A stretch of 61,438 nt of DNA, filler included, from an uncultured virus (IMG/VR IMGVR_UViG_2061766007_002631) (7 parts of one record of this genome joined end to end with filler, not necessarily neighbours in it); one strand, 5' to 3'; numbered from the whole stretch's first letter, positions 46,247-58,597 are shown. Translations and numbers: made by a program. Notes: a model not told the origin generated them from the sequence alone.

Positions 46247-48619
46247 TTATCCGTAGGTCAGAGCCTTGTCCTGCCCGAGCCGCTTCAGCAGCTTGTTCGT
46301 CTGGAGCGTATTCTTCGCCATCTGCTCGGTTGCCTTCGCTGTCCGTTCCTGCGCACCGCCGCCGAGGAGGGCATCCAAGGCTTCCGAGCTCCACGCTCCC
46401 ATCGACTTTTCTCCGGCTGTGGAAATCTCCTGAATTCTGACCTCAGATCGCTCCGTCTCATCGGCGGCGGTTTCTGTCCGTTCGCGGATTTCCTCGACCC
46501 TTTCGGCTTTCTCCGCAGCTTTCTGCTTGACCTCGTCCATTGCTTCCTGCCAGGCAGCTCGCGCGCTGGCGATTTCCTCGGCGGCTCCGGTCAGGGCATC
46601 CTGATACGCTTTCTGGTGTTCGAGAATCTCCTGCGTCTGCGCTTCATCCGCACTCGCGTTCGCCCTGTCCCAGTCATCGTTGATGCTCGCAAGCTCGGCC
46701 TTCCGTTGTGCGGATGCCTGAGCCTTCGCGTTTTCCCTGGCACTCTTCCGTTCATTGTATGCCCGTTCAACGCTGGCGATTTCGGCCTCGACCTCCTCGT
46801 CGGAGTCGAAGAAGCCCTTCGTCTTGATCCAGACCTTCTGAATCTCCAGCACGGTTTTCTCGAATGCGGCGATGATGCCGTTCCAGATGAAGGACCATGC
46901 GTCCTGCATGGCGCTGCCGATGGATTTCAGACCGTAAAGCAGCCCGTACCAGAGATTGTTTCCGAGCTTCAAAATCGAGTAGACGATGACCGTCCAGCTG
47001 TCGGCAAGGAACATCTTCAAGCCCGCCCACGCTTTCTTCAGAGGCTGGAGCCCGGTCAGCCAGGCAAGCTTCAAGGCGGCGAGGCCGACTCGCGCAGCCC
47101 CGGCGAGGTCGCCGGACATGAATGCGGTCTTGATCGTTTCCCACGTCTGCCCGGCAATGTCCCGGATTGAGGTGAAAGCACCAGTGACGTCCTCAGCAAG
47201 CTCGCTCGCTTCGGCTTTGCAGGCCGCCCATGTTCCCGTCAGCTCCCACACGACAGCAATCACGGCGGCCAAGGCCGCGCCGATCAGGAATGCCGGAGAG
47301 GTAATAGCCGCCCACATCGCAAGTGCGATAACCTTCGTGGCAACCATTGCCGTCTGCAGGAGCCCGAACAGCCCGATCAATCCCTGGATAGCAACCATCG
47401 GGGCGAGGACAGCAGTTTTCAGTACGAAGAACACGGTCGAGAGCAGACCGACACCGACCGCCATCGCTTTGATGGCAAGGCCTGCGGCAATCATACCGAC
47501 GCCGACTGCGGCGATTCCGGCGACAACTTTGACGGCCATGATGACCACTTCCTTGTGCGCGGCAATCCATTCGGCCACCACGTTCAGCGTGGAAGACAGG
47601 CGTTTCATGTAGGGCGTCAGCGCCTCGCCGATCACTCGTCCGATGGCAATCTGGCATCCCTCAATCGCGCTCATCATGATTCGGAAAGCGCCCCCGATTC
47701 CGGCATCCATCTCTGCCGCAGTCTGATCGGCAACCCCGCCGACGTTTTTCAGCCTCGAAATAAACTCGTCCAACTGCTGGATGTTTCCGCCGAGCTGAAG
47801 TCCGGCCAAAGAGCCGCGCAAGTCGAAGATTTCCTCCGCAAACCCCAAGCGTTGGGCTGTCGGGAGCTTATTCATGTATTTGGCGATGTCGGCGATGATG
47901 TCCGGCATCGCCCGCAGATTCCCGTTGGCATCCGTCGTGGCGACTCCGATAGCTTTGAGCTTGTCCTGCACTTTCGTCTTTGCGAACTGCGAATAAGATT
48001 TGCGTAGGGCTGTGCCTGCCAAGGAACCTTTAATGCCCATGTTCGCCAGGACACCGAGAGCACCGGACACGTTCACGATATTATCGTTCGCGGCCGCCGC
48101 CTGCGGTCCCGCCATCTTCAGTCCCTCGGCGAGGTCGGTCAGCGTCTGTGCAGATCCATTCGCCGTTGCAGTCAGGATGTCGGCGACGTTCGCCATTTTC
48201 GAGGTGTCGAGCCCGAACACCCTCATGTTGTTAGAAGCGATCTCCGCAGCCTCTCCAAGCTCGGTTCCTGTAGCACGGGCAAGGCTCAGGACGGCAGGGA
48301 CAGCGGACAGAATCTCGTCCGGCTTCAAGCCCATGCGTCCCATGGCCGTCATGCCCTCGGCAACCTCTTTCGCCGTATAGGACGTCTCGCGTCCGAGTTT
48401 CTCGGCAGCTTCGGTCAGTCTTTTGAACTCTCCCTCGGTCGCTCCCGACACGGCTTTAACCATCCTCATGGCGTCGTCGAAGTCGGCGAACGTCTTCGTG
48501 GCAAATGCCATCGGAGCAGCCAGAACCCCGGAAACAGCGAGCATGTTCTTGCCGATGCCCGTCAGGGCAGACCCGAAGCTTTTAATCTTCTGCTGGGCCT
48601 GCTTCAAGCCCCGTTCCAG
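46247..48619 (-). CDS. Tail tape measure protein (near complete, about 810 aa with the missing N-terminus)
   Basis: Uninterrupted 786+ codon ORF with TP901-like core. Confidence 0.95.
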   Translation of the reverse strand: MERGLKQAQQKIKSFGSALTGIGKNMLAVSGVLAAPMAFATKTFADFDDAMRMVKAVSGATEGEFKRLTEAAEKLGRETSYTAKEVAEGMTAMGRMGLKPDEILSAVPAVLSLARATGTELGEAAEIASNNMRVFGLDTSKMANVADILTATANGSAQTLTDLAEGLKMAGPQAAAANDNIVNVSGALGVLANMGIKGSLAGTALRKSYSQFAKTKVQDKLKAIGVATTDANGNLRAMPDIIADIAKYMNKLPTAQRLGFAEEIFDLRGSLAGLQLGGNIQQLDEFISRLKNVGGVADQTAAEMDAGIGGAFRIMMSAIEGCQIAIGRVIGEALTPYMKRLSSTLNVVAEWIAAHKEVVIMAVKVVAGIAAVGVGMIAAGLAIKAMAVGVGLLSTVFFVLKTAVLAPMVAIQGLIGLFGLLQTAMVATKVIALAMWAAITSPAFLIGAALAAVIAVVWELTGTWAACKAEASELAEDVTGAFTSIRDIAGQTWETIKTAFMSGDLAGAARVGLAALKLAWLTGLQPLKKAWAGLKMFLADSWTVIVYSILKLGNNLWYGLLYGLKSIGSAMQDAWSFIWNGIIAAFEKTVLEIQKVWIKTKGFFDSDEEVEAEIASVERAYNERKSARENAKAQASAQRKAELASINDDWDRANASADEAQTQEILEHQKAYQDALTGAAEEIASARAAWQEAMDEVKQKAAEKAERVEEIRERTETAADETERSEVRIQEISTAGEKSMGAWSSEALDALLGGGAQERTAKATEQMAKNTLQTNKLLKRLGQDKALTYG

Positions 48620-48629
48620 NNNNNNNNNN

Positions 48630-48783
48630 CTTCAACCTGAAACTGAATACGGTTCCTACCGCAGAGGAAGCAATTGCGGCAATGAAGAAGATTTCCGATA
48701 TCGCTCAGACGAATGGGACATCCGAGCTTACGTTGGATGAGATCAACGCTGAAATTGCTGCGGTAAGGAAACGCCGGAAATGA
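48630..48783 (+). CDS. RelB/DinJ-type antitoxin C-terminus (likely partner of the PIN toxin)
   Basis: Hand translation FNLKLNTVPTAEEAIAAMKKISDIAQTNGTSELTLDEINAEIAAVRKRRK*; absent from the ORF track. Confidence 0.65.
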
Positions 48784-48938
48784 NNNNNNNNNNNNNNNNN
48801 NNNNNNNNNNNNNNNNNNNNNNNNNNNTTAATTAATTAANNNNNNNNNNNNNNNNNNNNNNNNNNNNNNNNNNNNNNNNNNNNAACGAGGTTATATTTAT
48901 CTAACCCTTAACCTCAAACCAACGGAGGAGTGTTTAAT

Positions 48939-49075
48939 ATGAAACACAGCTTCTACGACGTCAAAGCGAAAAAGAAAGTCACCGCCGAAGTCACCAAGGC
49001 CGTTAAGTACGGCAAAGGCACGGCCACCCGCTATGCTTTCAAGGCCCTCACGAAGGACGGCCGCAATCTGACCGC
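48939..49075 (+). CDS. Small basic protein, Cc1/DUF5679-like (3' truncated; second start at 49585)
   Basis: GGAGGAG RBS, MKHSFYDVKAKKKVTAEVTKAVKYGKGTATRYAFKALTKDGRNLT. Confidence 0.6.
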
Positions 49076-49085
49076 NNNNNNNNNN

Positions 49086-49472
49086 CTTGACCGCGTTTTC
49101 CCACAGCTTCGGAAGCTGAGGTGCGGTCTTGTTCAAAGTCGGTCCCATAAGGGGACGTTTCGGGTAGCGGCGTCTGCGGTACATCCCGCCGAATTCGTGA
49201 GCGGTCATGGACACGCCGATAAACTTCTTCGCGGGGCCGATGACCACGCTCATCCGGCTCTTATCCACGCCGAACAGAATCGAGCGTTTCAGCAGTCCGC
49301 GTCGAGTGTGCGGAGGCGTTTCCTTTTCCGAGGCGCGTTTCGACTTGTGGACGGCGTTCCGAGCCGCTTTCCGGACATACGCGCCAGCCCTCCGCAAGGA
49401 AGCGTAATTTGCCTTGCTGACCGCCCCCAGAAGCCGCCTCGAATCGAACTCGAAGCGCATTTTTACAGACAT
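49086..49472 (-). CDS. HK97 gp10-like / virion morphogenesis neck protein
   Basis: Basic protein with PPHTRRGLLKRSI...HEFGG...YPKRPLMGPTL; homologous ends precede the tube gene. Confidence 0.72.
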
Positions 49473-49518
49473 TTTGGCGTAAATCCTTGTATTTTTGCGA
49501 GAAAATAACTTTTTTCGC

Positions 49519-49547
49519 TTGACACGAGGTGGATTCGAGGTTATATT
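49519..49547 (+). promoter_or_regulatory. Near-consensus sigma70 promoter of the small basic protein
   Basis: TTGACA-17 nt-TATATT; the -10 is also conserved near 48892. Confidence 0.8.
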
Positions 49548-50004
49548 TGTAGTAACCCTTAACCTTAACCGAGGAGTGTTCAATATGAAACACAGCTTCT
49601 ACNNNNNNNNNNGACTGCGGGTCTTTCGGCAGAACCTCGACCGGGATCAGAAAGTCACGGGAATAGACGTGAATGGTGGTTCCGTAGGAGTTTTCGACCT
49701 TGAAGAGCGTCCGGCCGAGCGTGGCGTGTACACGGAGCCTCTCTCCGTCCCTGCGAAGATACTCCACAGGGACGGAGAGNNNNNNNNNNTTTCGCCCGCT
49801 TCATGAAGCCGATCTGGAGCTTGACCGTGCGTTCCTTGAGTGCCCTTGTAATGTTCTTGTAGCTCAGTTCCACGGGCACAACGACAACCTTCAGCTCCTC
49901 AAGCTCACGAAGGGTGAATTCGGGGGCAAGCGCAGGTTTCGCATGCCAGTCGTCGAGCGACGCGGCGACCGCCTCGCTCAAAACCAGGCAGTCCATATTG
50001 TCGA

Positions 50005-50250
50005 TCATCTCCGCATCAGCTCCATGAAGATGTTCCCCATTGCAGCAATCAGCGCGATAACGGCTGCGGCGAGCGTGGAAAGCATCGTTTTCTGAAGCTC
50101 GGCCGCGGGCTTGCAGGGCGGATAGTGGTGCTGTCCACTGCCGAAATGCATGTTCAGCATCCCGCGGAGTTCCGCGATGTCCAAGCGAGCCTGGTTCACT
50201 TCGTGCCAAAGATCCCGCGTGTCCGGGGTATTTTCTTTGTTTTCGTTCAT
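50005..50250 (-). CDS. Small protein with C-terminal transmembrane segment (possible holin); copy at 45864-46097
   Basis: Coiled-coil N-terminus and a hydrophobic MLSTLAAAVIALIAAMGNIFMELMRR tail. Confidence 0.6.
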   Translation of the reverse strand: MNENKENTPDTRDLWHEVNQARLDIAELRGMLNMHFGSGQHHYPPCKPAAELQKTMLSTLAAAVIALIAAMGNIFMELMRR

Positions 50251-50338
50251 CTTTTCCCAATCTCCTTCGTGTGGATTCTTCTNNNNNNNNNNNNNNNNNN
50301 NNNNNNNNNNNNNNNNNNNNNNNNNNNNNNNNNNNNNN

Positions 50339-50584
50339 GCCATCGTAAAAAATCTTATCGCCGGACTGCGGGTCTTTCGGCAAGACTTCAGCCGGAATCA
50401 GGAAATCACGGGAATAGACGTGGATTGTGGTTCCGTAGGAATTCTCGACCTTGAACAGCGTCCGTCCGAGCGAGGCGTGAACACGGAGCCTCTCTCCGTC
50501 CCTGCGGAGGTATTCCACAGGGACGGAGAGCCAGGCTTGCCGCTGGGACGACAACCAGAGTTGGCCTTCTTCCAGCAGTCCCAT
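50339..50584 (-). CDS. Head-closure / head-tail joining protein (fragments; also 49613-49779)
   Basis: MGLLEEG..WL...VEYLR...ATLGRTLF...SRDFLI...PQSGDKI; directly follows the DUF2190 gene. Confidence 0.62.
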
Positions 50585-51029
50585 TGTGCTNNNNNNNNNN
50601 CAGCCAGTTTGCTCCTTCTTCCAGCAGTCCCATTTTGTGCTTAGCTGGCCGCGATGATACCCGCGGAACGAAGGGCTTCNNNNNNNNNNTTCTTTCAGCA
50701 CGCCCATGGACTCGGAACAGCCCGAATCGCTGGAGAGTGTGCCGAGGTCGGCGATGGCGGCACTGCCCGTGCCGGAACCGGAACCGGAACCGCCTGCGGA
50801 GCCGCCCTTTGCCCCGGAATTGAGCAGGAAGTAGACAAATTCCGCGCTCGCCTGTGCATTGTAGACGGCAGTGCCGAGGTAGATATCGGTCTTCTGCTTC
50901 GTGGCGACTTCGTTCGTCTCGTCCCAGTAGACCGGGTCGCCGACGTCGATGGCTTCGTCCGCCTTCGGGGTTTCGAAAACNNNNNNNNNNTAACCAACTG
51001 GCACCTTCTTCCAGCAGTCCCATTTGTGC

Positions 51030-51524
51030 TTAACTGGCCGCGATGATGTTCGCGGAACGAAGGGCTTCGAGGATTTCGTTGATGGTTTCTTTCAGAGTCG
51101 CCATCGAGGCGGAACATCCGGAATCGCTCGTGAGCGTTCCGAGATCGGCGATGGCGGGAGACGCGGTGGCGGCGCTGCCGGAAGTGCCGGATGCTCCCGT
51201 GCTCCCGGCATTGAGCAGGAAGTAGACGAACTCCGAGCTCGCCTGAGCATTGTAGACGGCAACACCGAGGTAGACGTCAGTCTTCTGTTTCGTGGCGACT
51301 TCGTTCGCCTCGTCCCAGTAAACCGGGTCGCCGACATCAATGGCTTCGTCAGCCTTCGGGGATTCGAACACGCCGGTCACGGCAAGAGCACCGAGCTCAC
51401 CGGCTCGGATGTCGAGGCGGGTGATGCCGACGAATCCGGGAAAAGGAACAATGGTTTTGGCGCGGACATCGGTTTCAGGACGGTAGTCGATGGATTCGCC
51501 TTTCTGAACGTAACGTGCAGACAT
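51030..51524 (-). CDS. DUF2190-family capsid cement protein with head-fibre-like C-terminal extension (copies 50690-50980, 51751-52168, 52767-53147)
   Basis: YVQKGESIDY...GELGALAVTGVF..PKA....VGDPVYWD, then a G/S/A linker and AIADL...INEILEALRSANII; directly after the capsid gene. Confidence 0.8.
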   Translation of the reverse strand: MSARYVQKGESIDYRPETDVRAKTIVPFPGFVGITRLDIRAGELGALAVTGVFESPKADEAIDVGDPVYWDEANEVATKQKTDVYLGVAVYNAQASSEFVYFLLNAGSTGASGTSGSAATASPAIADLGTLTSDSGCSASMATLKETINEILEALRSANIIAAS

Positions 51525-52234
51525 ATTTTTTCTCCTGTTTTGAATTCAAGTTGAGGGTGAGGAGGCGGGAATCAACCCGCCCCCTGCGAAGATCAGCCCG
51601 CGGNNNNNNNNNNGGGACGGTAGTCGATGGATTCGCCTTTCTGAACGTAACGTGCAGACATGATATTTCTCCAGTTTTGAGTTCAAGTTTAGGGTGAGGA
51701 GGCGGGAATCAACCCGCCTCCTGCGAAGATCAGCCCGCGGNNNNNNNNNNCCATGGATTCGGAACAGCCCGAATCACTGGTGAGCGTACCGAGGTCTTCG
51801 ATGGCCGCGCTGGCAGAACCGGAGCCTGCGGCAGCTCCGGCAGAAGCGGAGGCATTGAGCAGGTAATAGACGAATTCCGCGCTCGCCTGGGCATTGTAGA
51901 CGGCAGTGCCGAGGTAGATGTCGGTCTTCTGCTTCGTGGCGACTTCGTTCGTCTCATCCCAGTAGACGGGATCGCCGACGTCGATGGCTTCGTCAGCCTT
52001 CGGGGATTCGAAGACGCCGGACACGGCGAGTGCGCCGAGGTCGCCGGCTCGGATATCAAGTCGGGTGATGCCGACAAAACCGTTGAACGGGAAGATGGTT
52101 CCGGCCTTGACATTATCGGCAGGGCGGAAGTCGATGTTCTCGCCTTTCTGAACATAACGTGCAGTCATGATAATTCTCCTGTTTGAGTTCAAGTTGAGGT
52201 TCGGAGGCGGGGTTTAGTCCGCCTCCGGGGAAGA

Positions 52235-55209
52235 TCAGCCGTTGGCGGCACCAACAGACTTGACCATGCCGCGGTGATCCTGCTCCCTGACACCGACATC
52301 GAAATAGACGCGGAACCAGAGCCCCAGCGTGTTGAAGTCGGTTTCGCCGCGTTCGACGGTCGGGGTGCGCTTGCCGCGAAGATACCCGATCTCGAACGTA
52401 TCCGTCTGATGCGGATTCCCGAACAGATACCACGCGGTGGCGGAGGCTCCTTCGTAGGCGCTGTTGGCGAGGTACGGGGAACTGATGACCTGCAGGTTTT
52501 CGTCCACGAGACTGTTGAGCGCGGGACGGATGGTGTTGTCGCTGCCCGCCATGATGAAGGTCGCACCGCGGGTGAGTTCGATGGCAAGATGCTTGAGGGC
52601 AGACGGAACGAGCAGGAAACGAGGTTCGACGCTGATCGGCTGGCCGTCCGCATCCACCTGATCGAGGAAGAGCTGGATGGCCTTCTTCAGACTGTCGGAG
52701 GACAGCGCGCTGGTCGCGCCGGAGAGCAGGTTCTTGTGAGCAGTGCTGAACAGAGCNNNNNNNNNNGTCGGCGATAGCCGGAGACGTGGTTGCGGTGCTG
52801 CCGGACGTGCCAGAAGCTCCCGTACTCCCGGCATTGAGCAGGTAATAGACGAATTCCGAGCTCGCCTGAGCGTTGTAGACGGCAGTGCCGAGGTAGATAT
52901 CGGTCTTCTGCTTCGTGGCGACTTCGTTCGCCTCGTCCCAGTAGACGGGATCGCCGACGTCGATGGCTTCGTCCGCCTTCGGAGTTTCGAAGACTCCGGA
53001 CACGGCGAGAGCGCCGAGTTCACCGGCTCGGATGTCGAGTCGGGTGATACCGACAAAACCGTTGAACGGGAAAATGGTTCCGGCCTTGACATTTTCGGCA
53101 GGGCGGAAGTCGATGGTCTCGCCTTTCTGAATATAACGTGCAGTCATGATAATTCTCCTGTTTGAGTTCAAGTTGAGGTTCGNNNNNNNNNNNNNNNNNN
53201 NNNNNNNNNNNNNNNNNNNNNNNNNNNNNNNNNNNNNNNNNNNNNNNNNNNNNNNNNNNNNNNNNNNNNNNNNNNNNNNNNNNNNNNNNNNNNNNNNNNN
53301 NNNNNNNNNNNNNNNNNNNNNNNNNNNNNNNNNNNNNNNNNNNNNNNNNNNNNNNNNNNNNNNNNNNNNNNNNNNNNNNNNNNNNNNNGTCGAGGAAGAG
53401 TTGGATGGCCTTCTTCAGACTGTCGGAGGACAGTGCGCTCGTTGCGCCGGAGAGCAGGTTCTTGTGAGCGGTGCTGAACAGAGCCTTTCCGTCAAGCTGG
53501 ACGGGGTTCCTCAGCAGACGGGAGAAGAACAGCTGGTCGATCAGGCGAGCGGCCCTGTTGCCCATCGCCGTCGGAACCTTCATAAAGGCTCCGAGGTCAT
53601 CGTTGATGATCATCTTGCGGGTCAACACAAACTTTTTGCCATAGGTGTCGAGTTGGTTCTTCGCGGATTCTTCCACGACACCGCCGTCTTTGATCTCGCC
53701 GTCAGCGCCGACCGGAAGCAGGTCGCCGACGTCGGTCAGACGGAATCTGTCGTTCTCTTTGAAGTCCGTGAGGTCGCCGGTGGAACACAGCTTGGTGGCG
53801 ATGATCGGCTGGGCTTCATAGCTCTGCAGGAGCTTCTTGTTCGCGACGTTGCTCAGAATGCCCGGCAGGGACACGCTGGAGAACGCGGCACGGATGGTTT
53901 CGTTGTCGAAACTGGTTCCGTAGGAGATGCCGTCCATCTTCATGCACTCGATCAGGAGCTGCTTCAGCGGCATATCCATTTCCTTCATGCCGGCTTCGAC
54001 GGTCTGGGCTCCGTAGCTCTTTTCGAGCTCGTCGGCGGAGACGCCGCAACGGAGGCACATTGCAGCCTCGATGGTCTTGCGGAGNNNNNNNNNNAGCACG
54101 GATGGTTTCGTTGTCGAAGCTGTTTCCGTAGGAGATGCCGTCCATCTTCATGCACTCGATCAGGAGCTGCTTGAGGGGCATATCCATTTCCTTCATGCCG
54201 GCCTCCACGGTCTGGGCTCCGTAGCTCTTTTCGAGATCGTCAGCGGAGACGCCGCAACGGAGGCACATTGCAGCCTCGATGGTCTTGCGGAGGCCATCGC
54301 CTTCCGGCTCGGTCTTCACGGAGATGTGGACGTCGGCGGCGGGACGTTCGGCGCGGATGGTTTCCAGCACCTTCTTCGTCACGACTTCGGGCGTCCATCC
54401 GGCGCTGATGGCGTCCTTCTCGATTTCGGGAAACTCGCCGTCGCAAATGGCGCGGATTGCCGCGACACGTTCGCGTTCGGCCTTGACAGCGGCAGCGGCG
54501 GCATCGCGGGCAGCGGCAGCCACGTCGACGGGCGTCACTTCGGGCTTCGCCTCTGCTTTGATCTCCGGCTTGGCTTCCGCCTGGATTTCGGGTTTGGCCT
54601 CGGCCTTGATTTCCGGCTTCGCTTCGGGCTTCGCTTCGGGCTTNNNNNNNNNNCAGCCTTGGCTTCAACATCTTTGTTCTCGTTCATAGTTTGGACTCCT
54701 TCCTCTTCGGGGTTAGGGTTGATAAGATCGAATTTTGCGGTGACTTTCATGCTCGTGTGCGCGTCGGCTCCAACGGCCACCACGCTCACTTCACGGAGAG
54801 CGGACTTGCGGACATGGTAGAACGGCCCCTCCATTTCCTGTCCGTTCACCTCTCGTTTACTTCGGACGAGCTCGCATTCCTTCACGTCGGCTCCGATGGA
54901 AAGCTGCCAGTCGGCTCCGGCTTTGCTCTGTGCAACGATGTCCGCGGCTTCCGGGCTGTCCGAAATGATCTCGCCCGTGATTTCGAGCTGGTTGTTCTTC
55001 ACATGCGCCGACACCATGCCGACGCGGGCGCTCGTCCGGTTTTCATGGTTCGCGAGCAGAGGCACGGATTCGGGCAGCTCCATTCCGCTGAGATCCACCA
55101 CGACCGGGTTCTTCCAGCCCGGCAGCGGCATCTTTCCACCGGAATACGCGATCCCGACGATTTTCGGGCGACCTTCGCCCGACGCTTCAATCAGTGTGAA
55201 TTCACTCAT
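52235..55209 (-). CDS. Fused protease/scaffold/major capsid protein (fragments 52235-52756, 53389-54084, 54095-54643, 54654-55209; also 55537-55947)
   Basis: Start MSEFTLIEAS overlaps the portal stop; same motifs as 31992-33987. Confidence 0.88.
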
Positions 55210-58200
55210 GTTCCCTCAATGGTTTGTGTTTCTTCCTCGCCGGTCTCTTCCGGTTCTGAGGTGTTGTTTTGTTCTTTCGCTGTTTCTCCGGGGATCGGAA
55301 TCCCCAGAGATTTCATCAGCTTGATCTCCTTCGCCCTCTGCCTCAGTACGCTCAGGTAGTCCCTGCCGTCCTTGGCGCACTCGGCCGCCAAGGTCGTGGT
55401 GAGGTTGTTCAGACGGCGTTCCTGCGCGGTCGCTTCCTTGTTCGGATCGACGTGCGGGAAGCCGTCCCAGAACCAGGTGTGGCTTTCCTCAAGCGGAACA
55501 AGATTTTCGGTCAGGAGATATTCCCTNNNNNNNNNNAGCATCGGCTCCAACGGCAACGACGCTCACTTCGCGGAGAGAAGACTTGCGGACGTGGTAGAAC
55601 GGACCGTCGAAGACCTGTCCATTCACCTCGCGTTTTCCTCGAACGAGCTCGCATTCCTTCACGTCGGCTCCGATGGAGAGCTGCCAGTCGGCTCCGGCTT
55701 TGCTCTGCGCCACGATGTCGGCAGCTTCCGAGCTTTCGGAGATGATTTCGCCGGTGATTTCGAGCTGGTTGTTCTTCACATGCGCCGACACCATGCCGAC
55801 GCGNNNNNNNNNNGCTCCATTCCGCTCAGGTCGACGACTACCGGGTTCTTCCAACCCGGCAGGGACATCTTGCCCCCGGAGTATGCAGTGCCGACAATCT
55901 TCGGACGAGCATCTCCGGCAGCTTCAATCAGGGTAAATTCGTTCATGTTTCCTCGGTTGTTTNNNNNNNNNNTGGTTTGTGTTTCTCCCTCGCCGGACTC
56001 TTCCGGTTCTGAGGTGTTGTTTTGTTCTTTCGCGGGTNNNNNNNNNNGTCCCAGAACCAGGTGTGGCTTTCCTCAATCGGAACAAGATTCTCGGTCAGGA
56101 GATATTCCCGGAACCATGCCTCGAAGATTCTGTTCAAGACCTCGGTTTCCCAGAAGGACCTGTCGACNNNNNNNNNNGCGGCGTTCCTGTGCGGTCGCCT
56201 CCTTGTTCGGGTCGACGTGCGGGAAGCCATCCCAGAACCATGTGTGGTTTTCATCGGTCGGAACAAGATTCTCGGTCAGGAGATATTCCCGGAACCACGC
56301 CTCGAAGATTCTGTTCAGCACCTCGGTTTCCCAGAAGGACCTGTCGACAAGGATGCTTTTGTGGTAGATCTGGTTGTCGAGGCGACCTGAGGCGTAGTTG
56401 TGTCCGCTGTAGTCGCCTGCGAGAGTCCCGTATGTCGTGACGGCACATCGGGCAATCTCGCTCAAAATAATCTTGACGAATTCTGCGTGGTTCGCAGCGG
56501 GCTGCTTCGGATCGAGTTGATCCATCTTCCAGCCCGAAGGCACGGTGAGCATCATATTACGTTCGAGCGGGATGGTGTCCATCGGTTCGACTTCATCTGC
56601 CTCTCCGTTCGGCGGCGCATCAGTATAGAGGATGGCTGCGAAATCGGCGGCGGCCTCTGCCGCACTCAGCACGGCAAGGTTATATCGTCGGAGCTGGGCG
56701 AACAGCGGAAGCGCCGAGGTCAGTTCCGGCACACCGCGATGCAGTCCCGGTCTGTCCTGCCGGAAGATGTGGATCATCCATTCGGCAGGAACCTCGACGG
56801 CCTCGTCGCCCGTGGCGAACCGCACATCGCCCGGATGGTATTTCAGCACCCGGTACGAGGTCGGGTTTCCCCACTCGTCGAACGTGATGCCGTCCACGGA
56901 CTGACCGTCGTCCAGNNNNNNNNNNCGCGAGAGTTCCGTAAGTCGTGACGGCGCATCGGGCAATTTCGCTCAAAATAATCTTGACGAATTCGGCATGGTT
57001 TGCGGCAGGCTGCTTCGGGTCGAGCTGATCCATCTTCCAGCCCGAGGGCACGGTTAACATCATGTTCCTTTCGAGCGGGATGGTGTCCATCGGTTCGACT
57101 TCCTCGGCCTCTCCGCTCGGCGGCGCATCCGTATAAAGGATGGCGGCGAAATCTGCAGCCGCTTCTGCCGCGCTCAGGACAGCGAGGTTGTATCGCCGCA
57201 ATTGAGCGAACAGCGGAAGCGCCGAGGTCAGTTCCGGCACACCGCGATGCAGTCCGGGCCTGTCCTGCCGGAAGATGTGGATCATCCATTCGGCGGGAAC
57301 TTCGACAGCCTCATCGCCCGTAGAGAACCGGCAGTCGCCCGGATGGTATTTCAGCACGCGGTACGAGGTCGGGTTACCCCACTGGTCGAACGTGATGCCG
57401 TCCACGGACTGCCCGTCGTCCAGGAGCTTGATGCCGCCTGACACCCGGTCNNNNNNNNNNAAAATGGTCGCCAATTCTGAAATGAAATAAATCATCGGTT
57501 CTGGGGTTTTATTACAAAAGAATCCGAAAAAAGTATCCTCGATAACATCCGATAAGCACGAAATCATTTCATGCTTGCCGAGCTTTCGACCTTTTCCCGC
57601 GCTTTATGCGAAGATTTCCGGCATTTTCTTTCCGAGCTGAGCTTAATCGGGCATGGTTTATGCGAAGATTTCCCGAAAATTCTTTTCGGCGGATCACCGG
57701 NNNNNNNNNNCAGGCGTCTACCTGTACCCCAAACGGAGAATGGCCCTTGGAGGGGGTCCCGAAACGTTTTTTTAAAGCTTTTTAGCGGGTTCTCCTCGGA
57801 GAAAGAGAGAAGGAATATTCTTTGTACAACTCTCTGATTGAACGGGTTATACACGAAGAATAAAAGAGGAGTCATCGAGAGGTCGCTTGTGCGCACGCTG
57901 CAGCCTCGGACCCGTGCCAATGGTGTCGTTCGCGAGCATCTGGACCAGACCACGCGCATAACTGTTGTTCGCCACCTCGTACCGGGAACGCATCCGCAGT
58001 GTTCGCCTCACTTCCGGCGAGGCTTCCATGTCGGCNNNNNNNNNNTTTGACGGGGCTGCGCACTTTCGGATTCGTCGCCAGCACTGCGAATGCCTCGCCG
58101 TCCTGGCATCGAGCCATCCGCATGGTGCGGAGCTTCGGGGCCAACCTGACCGCTTCCGCCCACCTCATGAACGCCCGCTCAACCTCATCGTTGAACGTTT

Positions 58201-58597
58201 CGTCCGAGGAGAGCATCTGCAGCCTCGGTCCCGTGCCGATGGTGTCGTTCGCAAGCATTTGGACCAGCCCACGCGCATAGCTGTTGTTCGCGACCTCGTA
58301 TCTCGACCGCATCCGCAGGGTACGCCGGACTTCCGGCGAGGCTTCCATGTCGGCTGAGAGCTGATCGGCATACGCCCAGTGCTTCGAATTGTCCCGCGTG
58401 GTCTGCGCGGCATCGAACCTCGCCCGGACCGGTCTATGGAAATGCTGTTCGGGAGGCTTCGAGGTGCGGAACATGTTCTNNNNNNNNNNGTCACGCGTGG
58501 TCTGCGCGGCATCGAACCTTGCACGGACTGGCCTGCGGAAATGCTGTTCGGGAGGTTTCGATGCACGGAACATGTTCTTCAGTGTTTTGAACATCAC
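55206..58597 (-). CDS. Lambda-family portal protein fragments from several copies
   Basis: Start MFKTLKNMFR..RARFDAAQT, the internal motifs listed above, and end ...EEETQTIEGT*. Confidence 0.88.

Noticed and set aside
57880..57897. GTGCG at the portal junction as a group II intron 5' end
   Set aside because: It is offset by one base from the expected junction, the following sequence shows no evident domain I pairing, and no RT or domain V is in view. Kept only as an unidentified junction.
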